Made by a program: the position numbers and the translations under genes | NCBI GenBank assembly: GCA_022813965.1 | Contig: JALDZS010000001.1 | Span: forward strand, 434,001-498,000 | DNA from: Toensbergia leucococca | Lineage: Eukaryota | Length of the DNA stretch: 64,000 nucleotides | Direction: 5' to 3' | Part shown: positions 63,220-64,000 of the stretch, one piece after another | Numbering within the stretch: position 1 is the first letter of the stretch | Layout: each line of letters opens with the position of its first letter | The notes under the pieces: model-generated | What the model was told of the DNA's origin: nothing | The model's database searches: none | What the model saw: only the letters and a program-made list of their open reading frames with translations

Positions 63220-64000
63220 AATTCGGAAGCTAAGCAGTCCGCTCTACGATTTTCTCTTTGCTCGATAATTGTGGTGTAGGCGTCCTCATTGCCACTTCTT
63301 TCATCCATTTATTTGATCTAGCTTATCACTAAATTAGTCCGCAAACATGTGTTGGAATGACTGGCCACTGGGCCAACTATTCTTAGTGTCCTGCAACTGT
63401 GCTAATATCTGTCATCGTCATCTTCCTTCTTGACCTTGGAGCTCAGCAATACGTTAAGGCGAAACACGGTGAGCAACAGGAGCCGAATATTCAACAAGCC
63501 GTAAATGGTCAGCTCGAGCGTCATTCCAGCCATGGCCAAGTCCACCTCAAATCAGCCCGTGACAATGCATCTATCGAAAAGGCTTTTGAAAAGAATTTCA
63601 CCCCAGTGGGATATATGAGTGCGGAAGACGACGGAGTGGATTCCGTATTTGAAGATCGATCTTTCAAACAATAAATTGTCACTTTCCTCATTCTCGAATT
63701 CGGTGTTATCTTCCATTCCCTTGTTATTGGCCTCAATTTAGGCATTGTAGGCAAGAGTTCAATACCTCGTACCCCGTGATTGTCTTTCACCAGACTTTTG
63801 AAGAAACTCGGTGTAGGGCTAGAATGTCTGCCATCACATTCAAACGGGGTGGCTAGCCACCATGGATGCTCTGTCTTGGCAACGGCCTCACGACACCCGT
63901 TGGTATCTGCGTCGTCGTCGGATTACGTACGATCTATAAACCCTGGTCGTTTACAGCCAACGTCATTTCTGATGTCTTAGATTCGATATCGACGGGGATT
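63220..64000 (+). pseudogene. ZRT1: ZIP-family zinc transporter (Zrt1-like) pseudogene, running off the window end
   Basis: GVLIATSFIHLFDLAYH*ISPQTCVGMTGHWANYS*CPA; FKQ*IVTFLILEFGVIFHSLVIGLNLG; VFHQTFE; GLTTP; several stops and frameshifts. Confidence 0.85.

Noticed and set aside
1..64000. tRNA, rRNA or other structured RNA genes
   Set aside because: None recognised by eye; a tRNAscan-SE or Infernal run would be needed to exclude them

Overview
Eukaryotic DNA from a filamentous ascomycete (Pezizomycotina): short GT-AG introns with CTRAY branch sites and RIP-like C>T/G>A decay. A lichen-forming fungus is plausible but not provable here. The window has three parts. (1) 1-21 kb is an accessory, repeat-rich region. 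It holds a truncated Ty3/gypsy element with a 3' LTR, a TA-flanked MITE, and three copies of a small TM+coiled-coil gene that bracket an ~11-kb block. Inside that block is a head-to-head gene pair 350 bp apart. One gene encodes a 605-aa protein with a HeLo-like N-terminus and a degenerate kinase-like domain (MLKL-like layout). The other is a spliced 1012-aa C2H2 protein whose C-terminal half strings together fragments of unrelated nuclear regulators (Rsc7-like, DUF8035-like, NsdD-type GATA, Zn2Cys6, CPC-1/GCN4 basic region). I propose this pair as a candidate fungal integrated-decoy sensor/executioner system; that function is inference. (2) 21.5-58.5 kb is mostly conserved genes: RTT103-like, CLC1, CDC37, MDL1, an ENT transporter, haspin, cyanide hydratase, a NACHT-ankyrin NLR, a PPR-like protein, COX7, SYF2, COQ11-like, YAF9, an SDR and a nitroreductase. 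(3) 59-64 kb is a decaying metal-homeostasis pair: a P1B ATPase with a broken 5' end and a ZRT1 pseudogene. Exon structures were derived by hand. Family names come from motif recognition, not database searches.
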